DNA of 64,000 nt from Eubacteriales bacterium (GTDB lineage: Bacteria; Bacillota; Clostridia; Oscillospirales; CAG-272): assembly GCA_045645165.1 (NCBI GenBank), contig JAZRIF010000156.1, positions 552 through 64,551 on the forward strand, read 5' to 3'. This document shows positions 29,257 through 38,004 of the stretch, piece by piece (position 1 is the first letter of the stretch; each line of letters opens with the position of its first letter). Below the pieces are notes generated by a model that was not told the DNA's origin, did not search any database, and saw nothing but the letters and a program-made list of their open reading frames with translations. Both the position numbers and the translations under genes were made by a program.

Positions 29257-30180
29257 GTGAATATTCTCCATATGAAATATGCAGTCGAGGTTGCGAGACT
29301 CGGCTCTCTTAACAAAGCAGCGGAAACCCTGATGATCGCGCAGCCCAACATCAGCCGTTCCATTAAGGAACTGGAAGCAGATCTCGGTATCACCATCTTC
29401 CAGCGAAGCGCAAAGGGTATGGTGCTGACTCTCGATGGTGAGGAGTTTATGGACTATGCGCGGGATATTCTTCATCGCATTGAGAAAATTGAGCAATCCT
29501 ACCGCGACGGTTCCCATAAAAAACGAAAGTTTTCTATATCTGTTCCACGCGCGTGCTATATTTCGACGGCATTAGCCGAGTTCTCCAAAAATATTGGGGA
29601 TAGTGATGTGGAGATTTACTATAAGGAAACCAACTCCAAGAAGACCATCAAAAAGCTGGTGGAAAATGAATATAAGCTGGGTATCATCCGCTATTCCGAG
29701 AATTACGATAAGTATTATAAAACCATGTTGGAGGAAAAGGGATTTACTTGCGAGCTGGTAGCCGAATTTTCTTATGTACTTATTATGAGTCGAGACAATC
29801 CTTTGGCCTCTAAGGAAACCATTACCTACGATGATCTCTCCGATTACATCGAGATCGCTCACGCAGACCCTTATGTGCCTACACTTGCTATGTCCAAGGT
29901 CTTCCGTGAGGAGATTCCCGATAACATCGGGCAACGTATTTTCGTATTCGAACGGGCGAGTCAGTTCGATCTTCTTTCGGAGAATCCCAAAACGTTTATG
30001 TGGGTATCTCCTGCCTCCCAACAAATATTGAACCGATACAATCTCGTGCAACGTGTTTGCGAGGGAAACAAAAAGATTTACAAGGATGTCCTGATCTACC
30101 ACAAGAGCTACAAACTCACGAAACTGGATAAAGATTTCATTACGTCTCTGTGCGAGGCAAAACGAAAGTTCATCAAATAG
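29257..30180 (+). CDS. LysR-family transcriptional regulator
   Basis: N-terminal HTH (LHMKYAVEVARLGSLNKAAETLMIAQPNISRSIKELE). The GTG at 29257 lies 8 nt after AAAGGAG, whereas the listed TTG at 29251 is too close to the RBS. Confidence 0.85.
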   Translation: MNILHMKYAVEVARLGSLNKAAETLMIAQPNISRSIKELEADLGITIFQRSAKGMVLTLDGEEFMDYARDILHRIEKIEQSYRDGSHKKRKFSISVPRACYISTALAEFSKNIGDSDVEIYYKETNSKKTIKKLVENEYKLGIIRYSENYDKYYKTMLEEKGFTCELVAEFSYVLIMSRDNPLASKETITYDDLSDYIEIAHADPYVPTLAMSKVFREEIPDNIGQRIFVFERASQFDLLSENPKTFMWVSPASQQILNRYNLVQRVCEGNKKIYKDVLIYHKSYKLTKLDKDFITSLCEAKRKFIK

Positions 30181-30390
30181 AATGCAAAAAGGAAGATCAT
30201 TTGTCCTCCTGCCTTCCTGTTTTGTGATCCCGTCATATGTGGTTTTATCTATATGATTCGTTTGTTTATTGATATTCGGCGTATCGATTGGAGTTATATC
30301 GATATGCATAATACCGATATAACATTTTAATTATTCCCAAAAGTAAAAAGATGTGATAGAATATATCCGTACAAACCAAGGAGGTGGCGC

Positions 30391-31020
30391 ATGAACGGAT
30401 ATTCTATTCCTAAAGCAACACTGGGAAGACTTCCGCTGTATGTCCGGTATTTGAAAAACTTGCCCGCCGAGGGCGGCACAACGATCTCGGCTACCGCCAT
30501 AGCCAAGGGGCTTTCTCTGGGCGATGTGCAGGTGCGTAAGGATCTTGCGGCTGTCAGTGGCGCGGGAAAACCCAAAATCGGATACGAACGGGAAAAATTG
30601 ATCTGCGATCTGGAACGTCATCTCGGATATGAGAGGCTGACGAACGCCGTATTGGTCGGTGCAGGGAAGCTCGGAAGAGCGCTTTTGGATTTTGACGGCT
30701 TTGAGGAATTCGGTGTAAAGATCATTGCGGGCTTTGACTGCAATGAACAGGCCATGAAAGTTAGAAAAGGCGCAAAATTCATCCTGCCCATTGAGGATAT
30801 CGGCGGTTACTGTAAAGAACACGACGTAAAGCTGGGGATCATCACGGTGGGGCAAGGCTCCGCCCAGAACGTCTGCGACAAACTGGTGGAAAGCGGGATT
30901 CAAGCCATTTGGAATTTCGCTCCTTGCTCGTTAAAGGTCCCGGACGGCGTGCTTTTGAAGCAGGAAAATCTGGCTCTCTCCCTGGCGTATCTCAATAACC
31001 AAATCAGTAAATCAATATAG
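30391..31020 (+). CDS. rex: Redox-sensing transcriptional repressor Rex
   Basis: IPKATLGRLPLYVRYL winged-helix N-terminus plus the Rossmann motif VLVGAGKLGRAL. 209 aa. Confidence 0.9.
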   Translation: MNGYSIPKATLGRLPLYVRYLKNLPAEGGTTISATAIAKGLSLGDVQVRKDLAAVSGAGKPKIGYEREKLICDLERHLGYERLTNAVLVGAGKLGRALLDFDGFEEFGVKIIAGFDCNEQAMKVRKGAKFILPIEDIGGYCKEHDVKLGIITVGQGSAQNVCDKLVESGIQAIWNFAPCSLKVPDGVLLKQENLALSLAYLNNQISKSI

Positions 31021-31035
31021 GAGGACATAGACAAA

Positions 31036-33732
31036 ATGGAACTCAAAACATATGAAATCGTGGACAGCGTGGAAGCTTTGCAGGACGCAATAGGCCGCGT
31101 CAGAGCTGCCCAAAAGATATTCAGCACGTACACCCAGAAGCAGGTGGATCAGATCTTCCTGGCCGCAGCCACCGCCGCCGATAAAGCACGCATCAGCCTC
31201 GCCAAGCTGGCCGTAGCTGAGACGGGCATGGGCATCGTGGAGGACAAGGTCATCAAGAATCACTACGCCGCTGAGTACATCTACAACGCATACAAGGATA
31301 CCAAGACTTGTGGCGTGATCGAGGAAGACAAAGCCTACGGCATCCAAAAGATTGCCGAGCCCATCGGCGTTATTGCCGCCGTGATTCCCACTACCAATCC
31401 CACCTCTACCGCCATTTTTAAGTGCCTCCTGGCCCTCAAGACCCGTAACGCTATCATCATCTCCCCTCACCCCCGTGCCAAGAACTCCACCATTGCCGCC
31501 GCCAAGCTTATTCTGGAGGCTGCTGTGGCCGCAGGTGCACCCGAGGGCATCATCGACTGGATCGACGTTCCCTCGCTGGACATGACCAATACCGTCATGA
31601 AGGAGGCCGATATCATTCTGGCTACCGGTGGTCCCGGCATGGTCAAGGCCGCTTACTCCAGCGGTAAGCCCGCTCTGGGTGTAGGCGCAGGCAACACCCC
31701 TGCCATCATTGATGAGACCGCTGACATTCTGCTGGCCGTCAACTCCATTATCCACTCCAAGACCTTCGATAACGGTATGATCTGTGCTTCCGAGCAGTCG
31801 GTCATCGTTCTTGAGAGCATTTACGATATGGTCAAGGCCGAGTTTGCTGCCCGCGGTTGTTATTTCCTCAGTCCCGCCGAGACCGAGAAGGTTCGCAAGA
31901 CCATTCTCATCAACGGCGCGTTGAACGCTCGCATCGTAGGTCAGAAGGCTTCTCGTATCGCCGAGCTGGCCGGTGTGACCGTGCCCGCAGGCACCAAGAT
32001 CCTCATTGGTGAAGTGGAAAGCGTGGAGCTGTCTGAAGAATTTGCCCACGAGAAGCTCTCTCCCGTGCTGGCTATGTATAAGGCCAAGACCTTTGCCGAG
32101 GCTCTGGACAAAGCCGACAGACTGGTTGAGGACGGTGGCTTCGGTCATACCTCCTCCCTGTACATCAACGAGATTACCGAAAAGGATAAGTTGGCAGCCT
32201 ATACGTCTCGTATGAGAACCTGCCGCATCCTCGTCAATACTCCCTCCGCCCACGGCGGCATCGGCGACCTGTATAACTTCAAACTCGCACCCTCTTTGAC
32301 TTTGGGTTGCGGCTCTTGGGGTGGTAACAGCGTTTCCGAGAACGTGGGTGTCAAGCACCTGCTCAATATTAAGACTGTGGCCGAGAGGAGAGAGAATATG
32401 CTTTGGTTCAGAACCCCCGAGAAGATTTACATCAAGAAGGGTTGCCTCCCCGTAGCCCTTGACGAGCTCAAAACCGTTCGTGGCGCAAAGAAAGCCTTCA
32501 TTGTCACCGATACCTTCCTGTACGAGAACGGCTATGCCAAGCCCATTACCGATAAACTGGATGAAATGGGCATTCAGCATACGACCTTCTTTAACGTTCA
32601 ACCCGATCCCACTCTGGCCAACGCTACCGAGGGCGCAGCACAGATGAAGGCCTTCCGGCCTGACACCATCATTGCCCTGGGCGGCGGTTCTGCTATGGAT
32701 GCGGCCAAAATCATGTGGGTGCTGTACGAGCATCCCGAGGTTGACTTCATGGACATGGCCATGCGCTTCATCGACATCCGAAAGCGCATCTACACCTTCC
32801 CCAAGATGGGTGAGAAGGCTTACTTTATCGCCATTCCCACCTCTGCCGGTACGGGCTCCGAGGTTACTCCCTTTGCGGTCATTACGGATGAGAAGACGGG
32901 CATCAAGTACCCGCTGGCCGACTATGAGCTTCTGCCCAATATGGCCATCATCGACACGGATTTCCATATGTCCGCCCCCAAGGGTCTGACCGCCGCTTCG
33001 GGTATCGACGCCGTGACCCACGCCGTGGAGGCCTACGCCGCCATGCTGGCTACCGACTATACCGATGGTCTGGCACTCCAGGCACTCAAGAACATCTTTA
33101 AGTACCTCCCTCGCGCCTATGACAACGGCCAGACCGACGTGGAGGCTCGCGAGAAGATGGCCAATGCCGCTACCATTGCCGGTATGGCCTTCGCCAACGC
33201 CTTCCTGGGCATCTGTCACTCCATGGCCCATAAGCTTGGCGCATTCCATCACCTGCCCCACGGCGTGGCCAACGCGCTGATGATCGAGGAAGTACTTCGC
33301 TTCAACGCTTTCGAGGCTCCCGCCAAGATGGGTACCTTCTCCCAGTACGATCATCCTCACACCTTGACTCGCTACGCCGAGATCGCCGATCATTTGAATC
33401 TGGGCGGTGTTACGGAGGAGGAGAAGCTGGAGAATCTCATCAAGGCCATCAATGATCTCAAGGCCCGCGTAGGCATCAAGGCTACCATCAAGGATTATGG
33501 CATTGACGAGGCTGATTTCCTGGCTCGTCTGGATGACATGGTGGAGCAGGCCTTCGATGATCAGTGCACCGGTGCCAACCCCCGCTATCCTCTCATGAGC
33601 GAGATCAAGCAGATGTACCTCAACGCCTACTACGGGAACCATTTCGTAGAGGCGGATATGCCCCCTGTGGTGCTGACCGTAGATGCTCCCGATGCCATCA
33701 AGGCTCCCTATCACAAGGGCAAAAGAGCTTAA
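31036..33732 (+). CDS. adhE: Bifunctional acetaldehyde-CoA / alcohol dehydrogenase
   Basis: 898 aa, with an N-terminal ALDH domain and a C-terminal iron-ADH domain (GGGSAMDAAK, HSMAHKLG). It starts 15 nt after rex. Confidence 0.95.
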   Translation: MELKTYEIVDSVEALQDAIGRVRAAQKIFSTYTQKQVDQIFLAAATAADKARISLAKLAVAETGMGIVEDKVIKNHYAAEYIYNAYKDTKTCGVIEEDKAYGIQKIAEPIGVIAAVIPTTNPTSTAIFKCLLALKTRNAIIISPHPRAKNSTIAAAKLILEAAVAAGAPEGIIDWIDVPSLDMTNTVMKEADIILATGGPGMVKAAYSSGKPALGVGAGNTPAIIDETADILLAVNSIIHSKTFDNGMICASEQSVIVLESIYDMVKAEFAARGCYFLSPAETEKVRKTILINGALNARIVGQKASRIAELAGVTVPAGTKILIGEVESVELSEEFAHEKLSPVLAMYKAKTFAEALDKADRLVEDGGFGHTSSLYINEITEKDKLAAYTSRMRTCRILVNTPSAHGGIGDLYNFKLAPSLTLGCGSWGGNSVSENVGVKHLLNIKTVAERRENMLWFRTPEKIYIKKGCLPVALDELKTVRGAKKAFIVTDTFLYENGYAKPITDKLDEMGIQHTTFFNVQPDPTLANATEGAAQMKAFRPDTIIALGGGSAMDAAKIMWVLYEHPEVDFMDMAMRFIDIRKRIYTFPKMGEKAYFIAIPTSAGTGSEVTPFAVITDEKTGIKYPLADYELLPNMAIIDTDFHMSAPKGLTAASGIDAVTHAVEAYAAMLATDYTDGLALQALKNIFKYLPRAYDNGQTDVEAREKMANAATIAGMAFANAFLGICHSMAHKLGAFHHLPHGVANALMIEEVLRFNAFEAPAKMGTFSQYDHPHTLTRYAEIADHLNLGGVTEEEKLENLIKAINDLKARVGIKATIKDYGIDEADFLARLDDMVEQAFDDQCTGANPRYPLMSEIKQMYLNAYYGNHFVEADMPPVVLTVDAPDAIKAPYHKGKRA

Positions 33733-33750
33733 TCAAAGGAGGAATGAATC

Positions 33751-34509
33751 ATGAATCTGGATCGAGTGATTGCAGTCAGAAACAATAAAACCGTCTACCG
33801 TGACGGCGACCGTTGCGTGAAGGTATTCAATGCAGAATACTCCAAGGCAGACGTCCTGAGCGAAGCTCTTAACCAGGCTCGTATCGAAGAAACGGGTCTG
33901 CATATTCCCAAGGTGTTGGAAGTCACCATGATTGAGGGAAAGTGGGCGATCGTTTCCGAATACATCAAGGGTAAGACGCTGGCTCAACTGATTGCCGAGA
34001 CCGGTGACGATACCGACAAGAGAAATGAGTATATCAATCTTCTTGTGGATATCCAGATGGGGATACACGGAAAGACCTGTCCTCTCCTGAATAAGCTGAA
34101 GGACAAGATGAGCCGCAAGATCTCCGAGACCGAGTTTGATGCGACCACCCGCTATGATCTCCACACCCGCCTGGAGTCCATGCCCAAGCATAATAAGGTC
34201 TGCCACGGCGATTTCAATCCTTCCAACGTCATTATCGCCGAGGATGGTACTCCTTACGTTTTGGATTGGTCTCACGCCACGCAGGGTAACGCCTCTGCCG
34301 ACGTAGCCCGCACGTACCTTTTGTTTTGGCTGAGCGGCGACAGTGCCTCCGCAGAATATTACCTGAATACTTTCTGCGAAAAGAGCGGTACCGCCAAACA
34401 GTACGTGCAGAAGTGGATGCCCATCGTGGCCGCTTCCCAGTCCGTCAAGGGTAACGAGCAAGAGCGCGAGTTTCTTATGAGCTGGGTCAACGTTGTTGAT
34501 TATCAGTAA
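33751..34509 (+). CDS. Small kinase-fold protein (aminoglycoside-phosphotransferase/CotS-like), putative protein kinase
   Basis: Catalytic-loop HGDFNPSNVI and metal-binding LDWSHA motifs. 252 aa. AAGGAGG RBS 18 nt after adhE. Confidence 0.7.
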   Translation: MNLDRVIAVRNNKTVYRDGDRCVKVFNAEYSKADVLSEALNQARIEETGLHIPKVLEVTMIEGKWAIVSEYIKGKTLAQLIAETGDDTDKRNEYINLLVDIQMGIHGKTCPLLNKLKDKMSRKISETEFDATTRYDLHTRLESMPKHNKVCHGDFNPSNVIIAEDGTPYVLDWSHATQGNASADVARTYLLFWLSGDSASAEYYLNTFCEKSGTAKQYVQKWMPIVAASQSVKGNEQEREFLMSWVNVVDYQ

Positions 34510-34528
34510 TCGGAACGTGAGAATGCAC

Positions 34529-34558
34529 GGGGAAAACTTCCTACAAGAGGTTTTCCCC
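34529..34558 (+). other. T-less stem-loop between the kinase and ferredoxin genes (possible attenuator or processing site)
   Basis: GGGGAAAAC / GTTTTCCCC stem with no U-tract. The arm sequence resembles the hairpin at 15594-15625. Confidence 0.35.
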
Positions 34559-34625
34559 TATCCCGCTTCAAGAACTTTCAAAAATACAACAAATAAAACA
34601 GAAAATGAATATGCGAGGTAAAAAT

Positions 34626-34868
34626 ATGCTGAAAATTACGGTTTGTATCGGTAGCTCCTGCCACATCAAGGGTTCGCGTCAGGTCGTCGCGCAGTTGCAG
34701 CGCTTGATCGCTGAGCATAATCTCGGTGAGAAGGTTGAACTTGGCGGCACCTTCTGCATGGGTAAGTGCCAGCAGGGTGTGTGTGTCACCGTAGATGACA
34801 CCTTCCACTCAGTCTCCCCTGACACGGTGGAAGAATTCTTCGCCAATGAAATTCTTGCAAAGGTTTAA
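34626..34868 (+). CDS. Thioredoxin-like [2Fe-2S] ferredoxin (NuoE/HndA-like), copy 1
   Basis: CIGSSCH...CMGKC four-Cys pattern. The ATG at 34626 lies 6 nt after GAGGT. Confidence 0.75.
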   Translation: MLKITVCIGSSCHIKGSRQVVAQLQRLIAEHNLGEKVELGGTFCMGKCQQGVCVTVDDTFHSVSPDTVEEFFANEILAKV

Positions 34869-34880
34869 GAGGTAACGATT

Positions 34881-35144
34881 ATGCTGTTCGTTCAGGTTTG
34901 TGTTGGTTCGTCTTGCCATATCAAGGGTTCTGCCGATATCGTGGTGCTTTTGGAGAAAGCCGTGGAGGAACATCACCTTGAGGACGAGGTCGTGCTTTCG
35001 GGTAGCTTCTGTATCGGAAAGTGTAACCGCGTCGGCGTGACCATTCAGGTAAACGATGACGTTTTCGTTGGCGTGACGAGAGAGAATTTCAATGAATTCT
35101 TTACGAAAAATATTCTTGACGTGATTGAGAAGGAAAGGATGTGA
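34881..35144 (+). CDS. Thioredoxin-like [2Fe-2S] ferredoxin (NuoE/HndA-like), copy 2
   Basis: CVGSSCH...CIGKC pattern. It is a paralog of the preceding ORF. Confidence 0.75.
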   Translation: MLFVQVCVGSSCHIKGSADIVVLLEKAVEEHHLEDEVVLSGSFCIGKCNRVGVTIQVNDDVFVGVTRENFNEFFTKNILDVIEKERM

Positions 35145-36829
35145 TGATTGTGGCTAACTGCTTGACGCTCAAAAAATCCAACTGTAAGAACTGCTATAAG
35201 TGTGTTCGGCACTGTCCTGTAAAGGCCATTCGCTTTTCGGGGAACCAAGCTCACATCATCGGCAATGAGTGCATTCTGTGCGGTCATTGTTTTGTCGTTT
35301 GTCCTCAGAATGCCAAGGAGATTGTAGACGGCACCGAAAAGGCGCGGGTTCTGCTTCAGAGCGGTGCCCCCGTTTACGTGAGCCTGGCGCCCTCTTTTAT
35401 CGCCAACTACGAAGGTGTCGGCATCGAGTCCATGCGCCGCGCTTTGCAAAAACTGGGCTTTGCTGACGTGGAGGAGACCGCCATTGGCGCTACGATTGTT
35501 AAGACCGAGTACGAGCGTATGCTTCGCGAGGAACAGAGAGATATCATCATCACCTCCTGCTGTCACTCGATTAACCTTCTGATCCAAAAATATTTCCCCG
35601 GTTGCTTGGAGTATTTGGCTGACGTTATGTCGCCTATGCAGGCGCACTGTGCAGCCATCAAGACAAGAAATCCGGAGGCTAAGACCGTGTTCATCGGTCC
35701 TTGCGTGGCCAAAAAGGACGAGGCAGAGTACTATGAAGGTATCGTGGATGCTGTCCTCACGTTTGAAGAGCTGACCAACTGGTTTAAGGCCGAAGGAATA
35801 GAGCTTGAGCAAGAGCTGGACAATACCTCCGCAAGCCGCGCTCGCTTTTTCCCGACGACAGGTGGTGTTCTGAAGACTATGGCTCAGGATGCTTCCAAAT
35901 ATACATATCTCGCACTGGATGGTGTGGAAAACTGTATTGCAGCCCTTAAGGATATTGAGAGCGGTAAGATCCACAAGTGCTTCATCGAAATGTCTGCCTG
36001 CGTGGGTAGCTGCATCGGTGGTCCCGTCATGGAGAAGTATCACAGAAGTTCTCCGATCAAAGACTATGTGACCGTTGCAGGTTACGCGGGAGAGCGTGAT
36101 TTTGACGTGAAACAGCCCGCTCCCATGAGCCTCAAAAAGAACTTTACCATGATCGCGCATAAACTCACGCAGCCCTCTGAGACGGAGATCATGTCGGTAC
36201 TCCGTCAGATGGGCAAATTCAAGCCCTCCGACGAGCTGAACTGCGGTACCTGTGGCTATAATTCCTGCCGTGAAAAGGCAATCGCCATCATTCATGGCAA
36301 GGCCGAGGCCTCCATGTGCCTGCCCAACTTGTTGGATAAGGCCGAGAGTTTCTCGGATACCATCGTTCGCAATACCCCCTATGGCCTCATTGTGCTGAAT
36401 GAGAACCTGGAGGTTCAGCAGGTCAATCGCGCCGCCCGTAAGATCATGAACATTCGCTCCTCCTCCGATGTGCTGGGTGAGCCTGTGATCCGTATTTTGG
36501 ATCCCACCGTATTCTCTCAGGTCATGGGTAGTGGTCGTAGTGTGCGGGACCAGCGAGTCTATCTTGCCGAGTACAAGAAGTACGTGGAGCAGACCGTGGT
36601 CTACGACCCCGATTCTCACCTCTTGGTAGGTATTATGCGGGACATTACGGATGACGAGGCTGAGCGAGAAAAGAAGGCTCGCATCAATAAGCAGACTGTT
36701 GAGGTTGCGGATACCGTGGTGGAAAAGCAGATGCGTATCGTACAGGAGATCGCGTCCCTCTTGGGCGAGACGGCCGCTGAAACCAAGATCGCCCTGACCA
36801 AGCTAAAGGAGTCTATCGGCGATGAATGA
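35144..36829 (+). CDS. hydS: Sensory-type [FeFe]-hydrogenase homolog (HydS-like) with a C-terminal Cys cluster and a PAS-like domain
   Basis: N-terminal 2x[4Fe-4S] motifs (CKNCYKCVRHCP, CILCGHCFVVCP). H-cluster-like motifs TSCCH, GPCVAKK and EMSACVGSCIGGP. An extra CGTCGYNSC...C cluster and a ~130-aa C-terminal PAS-like region. The start overlaps the upstream stop (TGATG). Confidence 0.75.
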   Translation: MIVANCLTLKKSNCKNCYKCVRHCPVKAIRFSGNQAHIIGNECILCGHCFVVCPQNAKEIVDGTEKARVLLQSGAPVYVSLAPSFIANYEGVGIESMRRALQKLGFADVEETAIGATIVKTEYERMLREEQRDIIITSCCHSINLLIQKYFPGCLEYLADVMSPMQAHCAAIKTRNPEAKTVFIGPCVAKKDEAEYYEGIVDAVLTFEELTNWFKAEGIELEQELDNTSASRARFFPTTGGVLKTMAQDASKYTYLALDGVENCIAALKDIESGKIHKCFIEMSACVGSCIGGPVMEKYHRSSPIKDYVTVAGYAGERDFDVKQPAPMSLKKNFTMIAHKLTQPSETEIMSVLRQMGKFKPSDELNCGTCGYNSCREKAIAIIHGKAEASMCLPNLLDKAESFSDTIVRNTPYGLIVLNENLEVQQVNRAARKIMNIRSSSDVLGEPVIRILDPTVFSQVMGSGRSVRDQRVYLAEYKKYVEQTVVYDPDSHLLVGIMRDITDDEAEREKKARINKQTVEVADTVVEKQMRIVQEIASLLGETAAETKIALTKLKESIGDE

Positions 36830-37994
36830 TTTGTGCGCAGATATTGGCTATAAAAGCATCAATCATGTAGGTGAGGAGCTTTGCGGTGACCACGTGGATG
36901 TGGTGGAAGAAAACGAAAACTCCACTGTGATCGTGCTGGCAGACGGTCTTGGATCGGGCGTGAAAGCGAGTATTCTTTCCACCCTGACCTCCAAGATTAT
37001 TTCCACCATGATGGCGGCAGGCCTTCCCATCGAGGAGTGCGTGTCCACCATCGCCGCCACCCTGCCCGTTTGCTCGGTGCGTGGGGTAGCGTACTCCACA
37101 TTTACCATTATGCATATTCAGAATAACGAGACGGCAGAGATCATTCAGTACGATAATCCTCACGTCATCGTCATTCGGGATTACCAACAGTACGATTATC
37201 CCAAGACCGAAATGAATATCGGTGGCAAAAAGATTTACAAATCCACCATTCGCCTGCAAGAGGATGATGTGTTCATCGCCATGAGCGCCGGCTGTCCCCA
37301 TGCCGGCATGGGCGGTAAATACAACTTTGGTTGGAAGCGTGAGGAGATCGCAGGCTTCATGCAAGCGCTCGTAGCCGGCGGATATACTGCGAAGAATCTT
37401 TCCACCATGCTGGTAGACGAGTGTGACAAGCTCTACGGTCACAAGCCCGGTGACGACACTACCGCCTGCGTGGTCAAGATCCGTAAGCGCGAGCCTATGA
37501 ATATTCTGTTCGGTCCCCCCTCCAACCGAGACGATGCGGGACGCATGATGTCTCTGTTCTTCTCTAAAGAAGGGAAGCACATCATCTGTGGCGGCACTAC
37601 GTCCTCCATCGCTGCCAAGTACCTGGGCAAAAAGGTGCAGGTCAGCTTGAGCTTCGAGCGGAGCGATATTCCTCCCATTGCCTACATCGAGGGCGTGGAT
37701 CTGGTGACGGAAGGTGTTATCACCATGAATAAAGTCATTCAGTACGCTAAGGACTACTTGGGAGAGAACGCTCTCTACGAGGACTGGAATTTCAAGAAGG
37801 ACGGCGCATCTCTCATCAGCCGTTTGTTGTTTGAGGAAGCCACCGATATCAATTTCTACGTGGGCAGAGCCGTCAACCCCGCCCACCAGAATCCCGACCT
37901 CCCCATTAACTTCAACATTAAGATGAACCTTGTTGAGGAGCTTTCGGAATGCTTGAGAAAAATGGGTAAACGTATTAAGGTCAGTTATTTTTAA
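36822..37994 (+). CDS. PP2C/SpoIIE-family protein serine/threonine phosphatase with a C-terminal extension
   Basis: GDHVDV...VLADGLGSGVKASILS motif. 8-nt overlap with hydS. Confidence 0.75.
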   Translation: MNDLCADIGYKSINHVGEELCGDHVDVVEENENSTVIVLADGLGSGVKASILSTLTSKIISTMMAAGLPIEECVSTIAATLPVCSVRGVAYSTFTIMHIQNNETAEIIQYDNPHVIVIRDYQQYDYPKTEMNIGGKKIYKSTIRLQEDDVFIAMSAGCPHAGMGGKYNFGWKREEIAGFMQALVAGGYTAKNLSTMLVDECDKLYGHKPGDDTTACVVKIRKREPMNILFGPPSNRDDAGRMMSLFFSKEGKHIICGGTTSSIAAKYLGKKVQVSLSFERSDIPPIAYIEGVDLVTEGVITMNKVIQYAKDYLGENALYEDWNFKKDGASLISRLLFEEATDINFYVGRAVNPAHQNPDLPINFNIKMNLVEELSECLRKMGKRIKVSYF

Positions 37995-38004
37995 GGAGAA
38001 AATC

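Noticed and set aside
30181-30390. Rex operator (TTGTGAA-N4-TTCACAA type) upstream of rex-adhE, and also upstream of the ferredoxin/hydS genes (34510-34625).
   Set aside because: Only a weak half-site-like TTGTGATCCCGTCATATG is present, with no convincing 18-bp palindrome by eye. A position-weight-matrix scan is needed, so I do not report this as a feature.
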